32,000 bases of DNA from Fibrobacter succinogenes subsp. succinogenes S85 (GTDB lineage: Bacteria > Fibrobacterota > Fibrobacteria > Fibrobacterales > Fibrobacteraceae): positions 570,001 to 602,000 of the forward strand of contig NC_017448.1 in NCBI RefSeq assembly GCF_000146505.1. The letters are read 5' to 3'. The number at the start of each line of letters is the position of its first letter. Position 1 is the first letter of the stretch. The notes beneath the pieces are model-generated. The model had not been told where the DNA came from, did no database searches, and saw only the letters and a list, made by a program, of their open reading frames with translations. This document shows positions 9,101 through 20,504 of the stretch, piece by piece. Position numbers and translations under genes: made by a program.

Positions 9101-9974
9101 CAAGAGCTACCTCACCGCCATCCACCTCACGGAAGAAGGTTTCTCGCACTTACCGACCATCCAGCAGTTCAACCATATGATCCTCTACATCCCGAAGCAA
9201 GGGAAGATTAGCGAACGCTGGGTCGACGCTACCGACAAAACAGGCAACGATCGCCCGGTACCGCTCGACATGGAAGGCAAGGTCGCTCTCGTGATTGACG
9301 GAGACCAGAGCCATGTGGTGACAACGCCGATTCTTGAAGACAACCAGGAACACCAAATTGCGATTCAGCACGACCTCTTTATCGCCGAAGACGGCAAGTG
9401 CGAATTCCGCGATTCCGTACAGCTCCAGGGCAAGTTCGCTAGCGCCATCCGCAACAAGTTCTTTGGCCGCGATGTCAAGGATCAGGAAAAGCTCTTGGAA
9501 CAGTTCCTCGCCGCAGGCGTGCCGGACGTGAGCATCGGCAACATCCGCATCAAGAACCTAGACCAGTTCAACAAGCCGCTTATCATCGTGAACACGTACG
9601 CCTCAAAGGGTTACTTTGGTCAGGGAGGTTCTGAACTCAAGGGAAGATTCCCGAACGTCTGGGAACGCAGCCTCTTCAAGCTCCCGAAGGTCGCAAAGCG
9701 CCACCACCCTATCCGCATGCCGCACGAGACGCAGTTCAGCTTTAAGCTGAACATCAAGACGGCTAGCGGCCACACGGTAACGCTCACCGAAGCAAAGCCG
9801 CTTAACCGCGCCCCGGATTACGTGAGCTTCGAAAAGCAGCCGAAGTCCAAGACTTCTAGTGGCATCAAGTGGACCACGTTTGCACTCTACGCCGATCCGA
9901 CCGAATACGACAAGATTCGCGAAGAATGGAACTACCTCTTGAGTGAAACGAGCCCGATGATTACAGTGAAATGA
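6171..9974 (+). CDS. Large lipoprotein with TPR repeats and a transglutaminase-like cysteine-protease core (DUF3857/transglutaminase/DUF3858-like architecture)
   Basis: I moved the start to ATG 6171, which gives the signal peptide MNLKTVKISRSSLCASLFGLFFLVSC with lipobox LVSC (the ORF track begins at TTG 6156). A TPR-like segment covers roughly aa 400-650. The transglutaminase core motif is HRGDCKDMALLLKDML. Confidence 0.75.
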   Translation: MNLKTVKISRSSLCASLFGLFFLVSCAGNNTPEVNPSPTPEISESTDAYYDDESSTDYVTEEAPATVATGGTIETSGYTFTAPDNGWTIIGGEDNAPYEFYNPKTGRRAVLVEVMLPEGEPLRLMDRAQIEMQSFESSGKKATLAETYPEEAFGTTGAFFDVAGKRYDTPYEAVGLVIGAGNRIFTLTLAATDTQLPAGTLKQEWKDFYASFKLKEVVQEAVSELSEERIMQYSSADLGYSWSTSDTLWHNWTGVARQNEDPDLVLSNKKEDISLFVYGAIVPSDEVSQQDMFKVLLSRLGLSMNEPSFEVQRVKVGDRYAQEFTLTHVVNKFDFYYTGRFYYDNGRGILIATWTQGINKKKYASVMKNAVNSLKVGAMPKMASDEEARKKQNKFNAAVMSQVGILRLLEDQPFVALSYFERANKMDPEEPLYLINCGFVYQMKELYGPGISYFTSQIDLVRKNGKLLSILGEMYEALFDYGHARECAEAALRYTPNNPEYVINLSDALWGLGQRHQSLIVVQRLYDTQPSSRLGVYLAKTYMGLDQYAEAVDILYAIRGRFGMSKELGETLMDALMFLGRYEEARAISDETLAKAKNDYKVWTMHGKILFYSRNYRDAEKALTKALALKPDNEDAKSFLSATKAYLGKADNRTLQKPITPVEDRTADLKTLLRPQAKQNAIEGDFPAVIHYQKESLKAEKNANWVRSEEMLLEVLDQRGAAIYREFTFDFLPGYDRIFLNALEVYDSNWKLKQKATLNGAYITYATEIGGGNESQTAHFPLSELAPGDFIYMQFSRTNLENKGMIPYTNYESSRDVPVGESVFRIYADTTRFVTEEYGPLEKTAIKGGIEWKIENPVIVRKELYMPVYRDFGAGLMLTGKQEWRDVGDDYQNLISHQFKKAVKVREQAFEVRGNKIGDEAVKAIINFVRQDIRYRDVRFGGHSLIPQTAEVTLKEHRGDCKDMALLLKDMLDAIGVKSYLTAIHLTEEGFSHLPTIQQFNHMILYIPKQGKISERWVDATDKTGNDRPVPLDMEGKVALVIDGDQSHVVTTPILEDNQEHQIAIQHDLFIAEDGKCEFRDSVQLQGKFASAIRNKFFGRDVKDQEKLLEQFLAAGVPDVSIGNIRIKNLDQFNKPLIIVNTYASKGYFGQGGSELKGRFPNVWERSLFKLPKVAKRHHPIRMPHETQFSFKLNIKTASGHTVTLTEAKPLNRAPDYVSFEKQPKSKTSSGIKWTTFALYADPTEYDKIREEWNYLLSETSPMITVK

Positions 9975-9992
9975 GGTCTGAGCTATGGGCAC

Positions 9993-10013
9993 GGTCGCCC
10001 AAGGGCGACCTTT
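9993..10013 (+). terminator. Putative intrinsic terminator after the large lipoprotein gene
   Basis: GGTCGCC-CAAG-GGCGACC forms a perfect 7-bp GC-rich stem, but it is followed by only TTT. Confidence 0.45.
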
Positions 10014-10091
10014 GAGGTATGAGGTATAGTCCAAAGCGAAGCGACCCCAAAGCACCAAAGGTGCGACCCCATAGCCCAAAGCTAATGACCT

Positions 10092-10114
10092 TTGACTAAC
10101 AACTATTGACTAAC
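10092..10114 (+). repeat. Two 9-bp direct repeats TTGACTAAC (10092-10100 and 10106-10114) immediately upstream of the phosphoesterase ATG
   Basis: Read directly from the sequence. The function is unknown; promoter or operator is only a guess. Confidence 0.4.
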
Positions 10115-10115
10115 T

Positions 10116-10775
10116 ATGCGCGCATTAATTCTCTCCGATATTCATGGTTCTGCTTTGGCGGCAAGGCAGGCGCTCACGTTCTTTGAAAAGTTTAACTGCG
10201 ACAAGATATTCTTGCTGGGCGATACGCTCTATCACGGCCCGCGAAACCCGCTCCCGGCAGGACACGGCCCGATGCAAGTCGTCGAAGCGCTTGCGCCGTA
10301 CAAAGACCGCATTGTCGCTGTCCGCGGCAACTGCGATGCCGATGTTGACTTGATGATGCTAGACTTCCCTATCGAAAACGAATACAAAGTCGTCAAAGAT
10401 TGCGGACTTCACTTGTTCATGAGCCATGGACACATCTTTATGCCGGAATGTTTCCCGAGAGATGCGCTAAACGCCATTGAATCTACGGGTGCGGCGCAAT
10501 CCTCAGCGCAGTCCACGCAGCCAGAAGCCGAGGTTCCGCAAAAGCCGCAAATTGACGTGTATCTGTACGGTCACACGCACATCTGGAAGCTCGAAAAGAA
10601 CTTCCGCAATGTGCTTCTCGTGAATCCGGGTTCCACGAGCCTCCCGAAAGGCGGTAACCCGCCGACATTCGGATTCTACGAAAGCACGCCCGCGACAGCA
10701 AACGAACATGCCCATGCCAAATTCAGCATCCACACGCTGGAAGATGGCATGGAAATTGCGGCTGTGAGCATATAG
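10116..10775 (+). CDS. yfcE: YfcE-like metallophosphoesterase (MJ0936 family phosphodiesterase)
   Basis: MRALILSDIHGS...LLGDTLYHGPRNPLPAGHGP...VAVRGNCDADVD...GHTH closely mirrors the E. coli YfcE motif order. A Q/S/A-rich low-complexity insert (AAQSSAQSTQPEAEVPQKPQ) lies before the GHTH motif. Confidence 0.8.
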   Translation: MRALILSDIHGSALAARQALTFFEKFNCDKIFLLGDTLYHGPRNPLPAGHGPMQVVEALAPYKDRIVAVRGNCDADVDLMMLDFPIENEYKVVKDCGLHLFMSHGHIFMPECFPRDALNAIESTGAAQSSAQSTQPEAEVPQKPQIDVYLYGHTHIWKLEKNFRNVLLVNPGSTSLPKGGNPPTFGFYESTPATANEHAHAKFSIHTLEDGMEIAAVSI

Positions 10776-10817
10776 GGAACGACGCACCACCTGCTATTTT
10801 TTTCTTACATTTGAGCC

Positions 10818-12065
10818 ATGGTTTTAAACGTAATCTGGCTCGTGTTTTTCTTCGGTGCATTTATCGCATGCATCGTCCAATGGCTTGCTTTCGGCGATAC
10901 CGGCATTTTTAACAAGGCCATTCTCGGCGCTTTTGACATGTCCAAGACGGCATTCGAAATCGCTCTTGGCCTCACGGGCATTTTGAGCCTGTGGCTCGGC
11001 ATCCTGAAAATCGGCGAAAAAGCGGGCGCAGTCCAGATTTTGGCAAAAATCGTGCAGCCGCTATTCTCGAGACTCTTCCCCGAAATCCCGAAGGGCCACC
11101 CGGTCGTGGGTACCATGCTCATGAACATCAGCGCGAACATGCTCGGGCTCGACAATGCGGCAACGCCGATGGGCCTCAAAGCCATGAAGCAGCTCCAGGA
11201 CTTGAACCCGAACGACGACAAGACCGTCGCAAGCGATTCGCAAATCATGTTCCTCGTCTTGAACGCAAGCGGACTTACGCTAATTCCTGTTAGCATAATG
11301 ACTTACCGCGCACAGCTCGGCGCAGCAAACCCGAGTGACGTGTTCCTCCCGCTCCTCCTCTCGACATTCTTCAGCACTATCGCAGGTATTTTCGCACTCA
11401 GCTTTTTCCAGAAAATCAAGCTCAAGGACCCAGTAACCGTCATGTGGCTCGGCGGCATCAGCGCTTGCGTTATCGCCGTAATGTTCTACTTTAGCCATCT
11501 CACCGCCGAAGCACTCGGCACTACGAGCCTTTTCATTAGCGGTCTTGTGCTGTTTGGAGTCATCGTTGCATTCCTCGGCCTAGCCTGCTACAAGAAAGTC
11601 CAAGCTTATGAAGCATTCGTGGAAGGCGCAAAGGAAGGTTTCAACACCGCCGTCATGATCATCCCGAACCTCGTCGCGATTCTCGTGGGTGTCGCCGTGT
11701 TCCGCGCAAGCGGTGCGATGGACCTCGTGATGAACGGCATCTCTGCTTTGCTCGGCCTTATCGGTGTTGGGAACGACGTTGTCCCAGCGCTCCCCACCGC
11801 CCTTATGAAGCCCCTTAGCGGTAGCGGTGCTCGCGGCATGATGATCGACGCCATGAAGAACCTTGGCCCGGATAGCTTTGCTGGCCGCCTCAGTTGCATG
11901 TTCCAAGGAGCAGCCGACACGACATTCTACATCATCGCCGTGTATTTCGGCTCTGTAGGCGTCAAAAAGACCCGCCACGCCGTCACCTGCGCCCTCATTG
12001 CAGATGCGGTCGGAGTCATTGCAGCCATCGTTATCGCCTACATATTTTTCCCACCGTTCCACTAG
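10818..12065 (+). CDS. Nucleoside-recognition (Gate) domain membrane protein, SpmA/SpmB-like fusion
   Basis: 415 aa and polytopic. It has MLMNISANMLGLDNAATPMGLKAM, typical of Gate domains, and a second Gate-like half near the C-terminus. Confidence 0.65.
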   Translation: MVLNVIWLVFFFGAFIACIVQWLAFGDTGIFNKAILGAFDMSKTAFEIALGLTGILSLWLGILKIGEKAGAVQILAKIVQPLFSRLFPEIPKGHPVVGTMLMNISANMLGLDNAATPMGLKAMKQLQDLNPNDDKTVASDSQIMFLVLNASGLTLIPVSIMTYRAQLGAANPSDVFLPLLLSTFFSTIAGIFALSFFQKIKLKDPVTVMWLGGISACVIAVMFYFSHLTAEALGTTSLFISGLVLFGVIVAFLGLACYKKVQAYEAFVEGAKEGFNTAVMIIPNLVAILVGVAVFRASGAMDLVMNGISALLGLIGVGNDVVPALPTALMKPLSGSGARGMMIDAMKNLGPDSFAGRLSCMFQGAADTTFYIIAVYFGSVGVKKTRHAVTCALIADAVGVIAAIVIAYIFFPPFH

Positions 12066-12205
12066 CTTTTGTAAGCTAAATCACGCGCTCTAAAATGGAC
12101 TAAAAATATTGTGTTATATTAATTTTTTTTTACCCTTTCAAAATTTTTTTATTTACATTTAGAACGCTAATTTGGTGTATAATGTGTGGACTTTAAGGGG
12201 TGAAA

Positions 12206-13900
12206 ATGGACTACGTCATTTTCAGTAGCGTTTATAAAGATTTTAGGGATGCGATTTTAGATAATATTCCTGATATGTCGGCGATGAGCAAACGAATCAG
12301 CGCCGCCATTCCTCCTATATGTAATATTTTAAACATTGGTTTTATCAAGCTCAAACTTATTGCCCCGAGCTCCATTATCGCCAAAGAAGGCTTAAACGAC
12401 GAAAAAATTATTTACGAAGACACGAATGGTTACGAGTCCATGCCACTCATCCAAACTTACCGTACGGGTGAAAACGGCATGGCGACTATTGAGATTAGAG
12501 CCAAGAAAAGTCACAAATTTTCAAACCCAGAACTCCAAGCTGTAAAACTCATCAGTGATGACATGTTCATCATTCTCGGCCGCTCTCGTCTCATGAGCGC
12601 AATCCACTACGCAAGCCAGACAGACACCATGACTGGCGCCCCCAACACAGCAAAGCTCGTACACCACAGCATCGAACTTAAGTCTAAAAACAAGCTCCAT
12701 AATTTTAGCGGTCTATTCCTCAATCTCAAGAACTACAAGTACATCAACCAGTCCAAGTCCCCCGCTATTGGCGACAAGGGTATCGCCCTCTTTACACACA
12801 CCATCATGGCAATGTGCCACGATGACGAAATGATTGCAAGACTCGGTGGCGACAACTTCTTCGTCCTCGTCAAAAAGGAAAACAGAGACCAGTTCGTCAA
12901 GAATTTGAGTTCTATAAAGGTCAACGTCCCTACGCCCCAAGGCCAGGTGATCCCGCTGACCATACAGAGCCGCATTGGCGTTTACGATATCCAGCCGCAA
13001 GACACCATGAACGAAATCATGCACTGCAGCTCTGTTGCCCTGAATGAATCCAGAGTCCATCCGGGTAACGATATCGTTTACTTCACCAGGAAAATGCTCG
13101 AAGACGTTTACCACGAAAAGGAAATTTCTTCGATCTTCCGCGAAGCTCTGCGTCGCAAGGAATTTATCGTCTACTACCAGCCCAAGGTTTCCGTCAAGGA
13201 ACAGAAGCTCTGTGGATGCGAAGCGCTCGTGCGCTGGAACCGCAATGGGCAAGTTATCCCGCCTAGCGAATTTTTGCCGATCCTCGAAAAAGAAGCATCC
13301 ATTTGCCTTCTTGACTTTTACGTTTTCCGCAAAGTCTGCGAAGACATCCGTAATTGGCTGGACACGGGTATTGAACCGGTCCGCGTGTCTTCAAACTTTT
13401 CAAGACACCATCTTAGCAATCCGCACTTGACTGAAGATATCCTTGACATCATGAAGGAATTCAATATCGACAGCAAGTTCATTGAAATTGAGCTCACGGA
13501 ATCCTCCAATTTTGAAGATAAAATTGCGATGCAGAAGTTCGTGAACGGACTTCGCCAGCATGGCATTTCAGTCTCTATCGACGACTTTGGTACAGGCTAC
13601 TCCACATTTGCCGCCATCAAGGATTTGAACGTCAACGTCATCAAATTGGACAAGTCGCTCCTCGACCACATCGGCGACGAAAAGTACCATGATGAAGTTG
13701 TCATCAAGAACATGGTGAACATGATCAACGAACTCAATCTTGAAGTCGTTGCAGAAGGTGTCGAAAACTCGAAGCAGCTTGACTTCTTGCAGAACGCCAA
13801 GTGCTCAATTATTCAGGGATTCCTTTTTGACAAGCCGCTGACCAAGGAAGAATTTGAAAAGAGACTTTCAAAAGAAGTCACTTACACAAACATTTCCTAA
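12206..13900 (+). CDS. GGDEF (degenerate, GGDNF) - EAL domain c-di-GMP phosphodiesterase with an uncharacterised N-terminal domain
   Basis: I prefer ATG 12206, which lies 6 nt after AAGGGG (the ORF track starts at GTG 12200). GGDEF-fold markers are DTMTGAPN and RLGGDNFFV. EAL markers are EALVRW, EIELTES, DDFGTGYS, KLDKS, EGVE and QGFLF. Confidence 0.85.
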   Translation: MDYVIFSSVYKDFRDAILDNIPDMSAMSKRISAAIPPICNILNIGFIKLKLIAPSSIIAKEGLNDEKIIYEDTNGYESMPLIQTYRTGENGMATIEIRAKKSHKFSNPELQAVKLISDDMFIILGRSRLMSAIHYASQTDTMTGAPNTAKLVHHSIELKSKNKLHNFSGLFLNLKNYKYINQSKSPAIGDKGIALFTHTIMAMCHDDEMIARLGGDNFFVLVKKENRDQFVKNLSSIKVNVPTPQGQVIPLTIQSRIGVYDIQPQDTMNEIMHCSSVALNESRVHPGNDIVYFTRKMLEDVYHEKEISSIFREALRRKEFIVYYQPKVSVKEQKLCGCEALVRWNRNGQVIPPSEFLPILEKEASICLLDFYVFRKVCEDIRNWLDTGIEPVRVSSNFSRHHLSNPHLTEDILDIMKEFNIDSKFIEIELTESSNFEDKIAMQKFVNGLRQHGISVSIDDFGTGYSTFAAIKDLNVNVIKLDKSLLDHIGDEKYHDEVVIKNMVNMINELNLEVVAEGVENSKQLDFLQNAKCSIIQGFLFDKPLTKEEFEKRLSKEVTYTNIS

Positions 13901-14340
13901 AAGAACATCCAAATTGCCATCCAAAGGACGATGAGTCCAAACTCGATTTCCCTAGAAATTCGAGCCATAAAGCAGCATCCGAGAGCAATTTCGGCAATAG
14001 CTGCTAGACGTATCCAGGGAGCTTCTTCGCCCGCCTGATAAAGCGAAATGATTCCGAGAAGTTCCACCCAAAGCCAAAACGTTTGAGCAAGCACCATGAA
14101 GCGCCTGCGGTTATCGCGAAGCCCCGTCGTGAAAACGCAGAACGTGAGAGCAACCATGCGGAACGGGTAATTCTCTAATGTCGGGATCGCAAGGTTCCCC
14201 GCAAAAGCGGTGTAAAGGCAACTCGTCATGACAATAAAAAACATGACTAGCGTTATGCGGAACATGCCCTTTATTTTCCAAAGGAACGCCGCAAAAATAA
14301 GGCAGAGGAGGCAAGCGACGGCATTGGCAAACATGCTCAT
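13897..14340 (-). CDS. Small polytopic membrane protein, unknown function
   Basis: 147 aa with 4-5 hydrophobic helices. Its ATG overlaps the upstream gene stop as ATGA at 14337-14340. Its stop overlaps the convergent EAL gene stop by 4 nt. Confidence 0.5.
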   Translation of the reverse strand: MSMFANAVACLLCLIFAAFLWKIKGMFRITLVMFFIVMTSCLYTAFAGNLAIPTLENYPFRMVALTFCVFTTGLRDNRRRFMVLAQTFWLWVELLGIISLYQAGEEAPWIRLAAIAEIALGCCFMARISREIEFGLIVLWMAIWMFF

Positions 14341-15596
14341 TTGCGGACCCTCCTATGCTTTTTCGAAAACCCAAGATGGACAAACGGTTGCAGACAGACT
14401 AACAAGCAACTCACATAGGCGCCAAAAGGTCCGGCCAAATTGACCCAATCCGATGTAAAATAGCCATACGCCACAGCCGTCAAAACACCACACAGCACAG
14501 GCAGGCGTACAACTTTAAATTCCGGAGCGGAGAACGGCGAATAATATTTATTAACATCGGTTTCAACGACTTCGCCATCCGAGCTATCGCTCTCCTCGCC
14601 CATCAGGATTTCGTCGTTTTCAAAGAACCGCGAAAGCAAGAAACGCACGCCAAAGAAAATGGCAACAAACAGAGCTCCACATGCAAACATCAAACCCGCA
14701 TTTGCAAAAACAGCATTCGAGAAGAAATGAAACTCATCTAGATTCACAACAAAATCGCACTTGAGCAAAACACCAAATAGAATAAAGGCAACAACCAGCA
14801 AACGCCCCCAAAGGTTTTCGCGAACGGCCTCGATGAACAGCAGTTGCGGAACAACACACGCAAAAGCAAACGCGGTATAACTCCCCTCGCCTTTGACAAG
14901 GATAACCCAAAGGAACAATAGCGATATGAACCAGCTGCAAAGCAAAACAAACCGTTCAATCAAGCGGTTGTAGTAGTTTTCGAATGAAAGGAGCGCAATC
15001 GAACTCGCAAGCCCCATATAAAAGACAATGGAGACCACATACAACGGAAAGAACGCACCCTGCCAAACGGAATTTTCAAGTCGAGCGAAATCTAAAGCAA
15101 ATTCAGAAATGACCCAGAACACCGTCGGGAGGATAATCCACGCAAGCGGCCGCCTGATTTTAGCGAGTTCCTTGCATAGAGAGACGTCTTCTGCACTATC
15201 CGCCGCCACAAGATGAGTCACGAAAAACAGGAGCGACATAAAGCCGACAATGCCGATGCCATAAACGTCGCTATGGACATCGCTATTCATTTGGATGGAA
15301 CGGGAATAAACAAACGATAGGACAACGGCTACGACCAAACTACAAAGCGAACTGAGTTCGAGCAAAAGCGATGTACGACGGTGAATTTTGACCTTCATGA
15401 CAAGCAAAAAAGCCGAAAGGAGAACGCCCGCCTGCGACATGCCAATCCAGAAAATGAAAAGCGTCTTGGGGAATTTCCAGCTACCGCTATTGTGCAAAAG
15501 ATGGTCATAGGAGCCGTCCCAGAACGAGCCCCCTACCGAAAGCAGGAGCAACAAGCACAACCCAATAAAAACTATAGTAACGACTTTGCTGTTCAA
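14337..15596 (-). CDS. Polytopic integral membrane protein, unknown function
   Basis: I trimmed the ORF-track start (15944) because it overlaps mntP. TTG 15596 lies 8 nt downstream of GGAGAGG and precedes the first TM helix (VVTIVFIGLCLLLLLSV). The first ATG is at 15440. There are about 10 hydrophobic segments. Confidence 0.55.
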   Translation of the reverse strand: MNSKVVTIVFIGLCLLLLLSVGGSFWDGSYDHLLHNSGSWKFPKTLFIFWIGMSQAGVLLSAFLLVMKVKIHRRTSLLLELSSLCSLVVAVVLSFVYSRSIQMNSDVHSDVYGIGIVGFMSLLFFVTHLVAADSAEDVSLCKELAKIRRPLAWIILPTVFWVISEFALDFARLENSVWQGAFFPLYVVSIVFYMGLASSIALLSFENYYNRLIERFVLLCSWFISLLFLWVILVKGEGSYTAFAFACVVPQLLFIEAVRENLWGRLLVVAFILFGVLLKCDFVVNLDEFHFFSNAVFANAGLMFACGALFVAIFFGVRFLLSRFFENDEILMGEESDSSDGEVVETDVNKYYSPFSAPEFKVVRLPVLCGVLTAVAYGYFTSDWVNLAGPFGAYVSCLLVCLQPFVHLGFSKKHRRVRK

Positions 15597-15644
15597 CGTT
15601 CGCGCCTCTCCCCCTACAATATATTTTTTATTTTTGGGCGCGTC

Positions 15645-19239
<3,595 letters not shown>

Positions 19240-19302
19240 TTCAACAGTTGAGTCATTGGGTAGTTTTTGAACAATACCTATCTCACATTTTAGATTACGA
19301 GA

Positions 19303-20499
19303 TCAATATGCAATATAATCTTCCTCCGAACCCGTAGCAGCCCAATGCAGATAATCAGGAGCATTATCTTCCGCCTTGCATACAAGATACGAAGATTTTC
19401 CCATTGTTTCCGAAACGAGAACCATACCAAATCTTGAAGAAACACATGCAAATCCTTGTTCAACGTGAGCACTGACCCATTTGCCCTGAAGCGAATCATA
19501 GGCATAGGAAAACGATGTAAAATTCGCTTTTATCACTTCACCATCATGACCTTTTTCAATGCCATACAATTCCTGAAAAGTACCGTTCGGACAAATCCAG
19601 CCCGTATCTTTAGAGCACATGTAAGGTCTTTCAACATAGCGGCTCAAAGGATTTGTAACCTTCTTTACTTCCCCATCGTTCTTGTCAGAACATTCTCCAA
19701 GACCATTTGTCTGTCCGAACACATAGCCACTCAGCTTAGTAACAAGGTAATCTGTTTTAGGAATAGACTTTACCCATAAATTTCCTTCTATCATATCAGC
19801 ATATTTCGTTTTAAACGTATCGATTTTTGCTGAATCCGTTTCAAGCATCCAGAACACAGCCGTATCAGAGCTCAACTGGCTAGAAAGCCTTGTATAGGGG
19901 ATACGCGAAAGCATTTGCCATACGGCTTGAAGTTCCGCATCTTTTTCGTTCCCTTCAATTTGATTAGACAGTTTAATATCAAGTGAAGTGGACAACATAT
20001 ACTCCATAATTTCATGCTGAGCGGTTCTTTCAGCAGAATCAGAAGGTATTCCCTTTTTCATCAAATAGAGAATCCTGTTGTACTCCATATTTGTCATAAA
20101 ATTCACATAGACAGAATCCACCCTGCTCAAGTCTGCAAAGCTCCAATATCCGCTTTTCGACATTTTATTCCTAACACACATTACAACATTAGACGATTGT
20201 AATTTGAGATTTTCAAATTTGAAGACATTCGGATACGTCACATATGTTGTAAATTCGCGACCGGTCCAAGAAGCACTAGAATCCAGTTCATACAAAGTCA
20301 CTTCGTACTTGGTGCCACCCCTATCAATAGAATTATAATCTTCACTTGAAATAAAAGACGCAACTCCAACTAATTTGTTTAATTCATATTCAGGAGCGTT
20401 ATCTTCGCTTTCGATATTAACACCTTTAGATACTTCACTACAGCCCATCAAAGCAAGCAAACAAAGCACTATTCCTAAAACATTCAGTTTCATATTCAT
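19303..20499 (-). CDS. Cys-rich lipoprotein, paralog of the 20505-21773 product; possibly the N-terminal part of a split FISUMP protein
   Basis: The signal peptide is M(NM)KLNVLGIVLCLLALMGC with lipobox LMGC. The second ATG at 20493 is better spaced from the GGGGAG RBS. The stop is TGA at 19303-19305. Confidence 0.7.
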   Translation of the reverse strand: MNMKLNVLGIVLCLLALMGCSEVSKGVNIESEDNAPEYELNKLVGVASFISSEDYNSIDRGGTKYEVTLYELDSSASWTGREFTTYVTYPNVFKFENLKLQSSNVVMCVRNKMSKSGYWSFADLSRVDSVYVNFMTNMEYNRILYLMKKGIPSDSAERTAQHEIMEYMLSTSLDIKLSNQIEGNEKDAELQAVWQMLSRIPYTRLSSQLSSDTAVFWMLETDSAKIDTFKTKYADMIEGNLWVKSIPKTDYLVTKLSGYVFGQTNGLGECSDKNDGEVKKVTNPLSRYVERPYMCSKDTGWICPNGTFQELYGIEKGHDGEVIKANFTSFSYAYDSLQGKWVSAHVEQGFACVSSRFGMVLVSETMGKSSYLVCKAEDNAPDYLHWAATGSEEDYIAY

Positions 20500-20504
20500 C
20501 TCCC

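Noticed and set aside
15441-15644. A yybP-ykoY Mn2+ riboswitch upstream of mntP. GGGGAAT and GGTCATA strings vaguely resemble the conserved GGGGAGUAG and UUGACAUA elements.
   Set aside because: The matches are poor. The minus-strand frame through this region also encodes a convincing first TM helix, preceded by a GGAGAGG RBS and a TTG start at 15596. That leaves only 48 nt of true intergenic DNA, too short for the riboswitch.
19240-19305. Selenocysteine recoding of the in-frame TGA between the two lipoprotein/FISUMP ORFs.
   Set aside because: I could not find a convincing SECIS-like hairpin in the ~40 nt following the UGA; there is only a weak AUCUC...GAGAU pairing. The protein family is not a known selenoprotein. 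I keep it only as one formal option within the split-gene finding.
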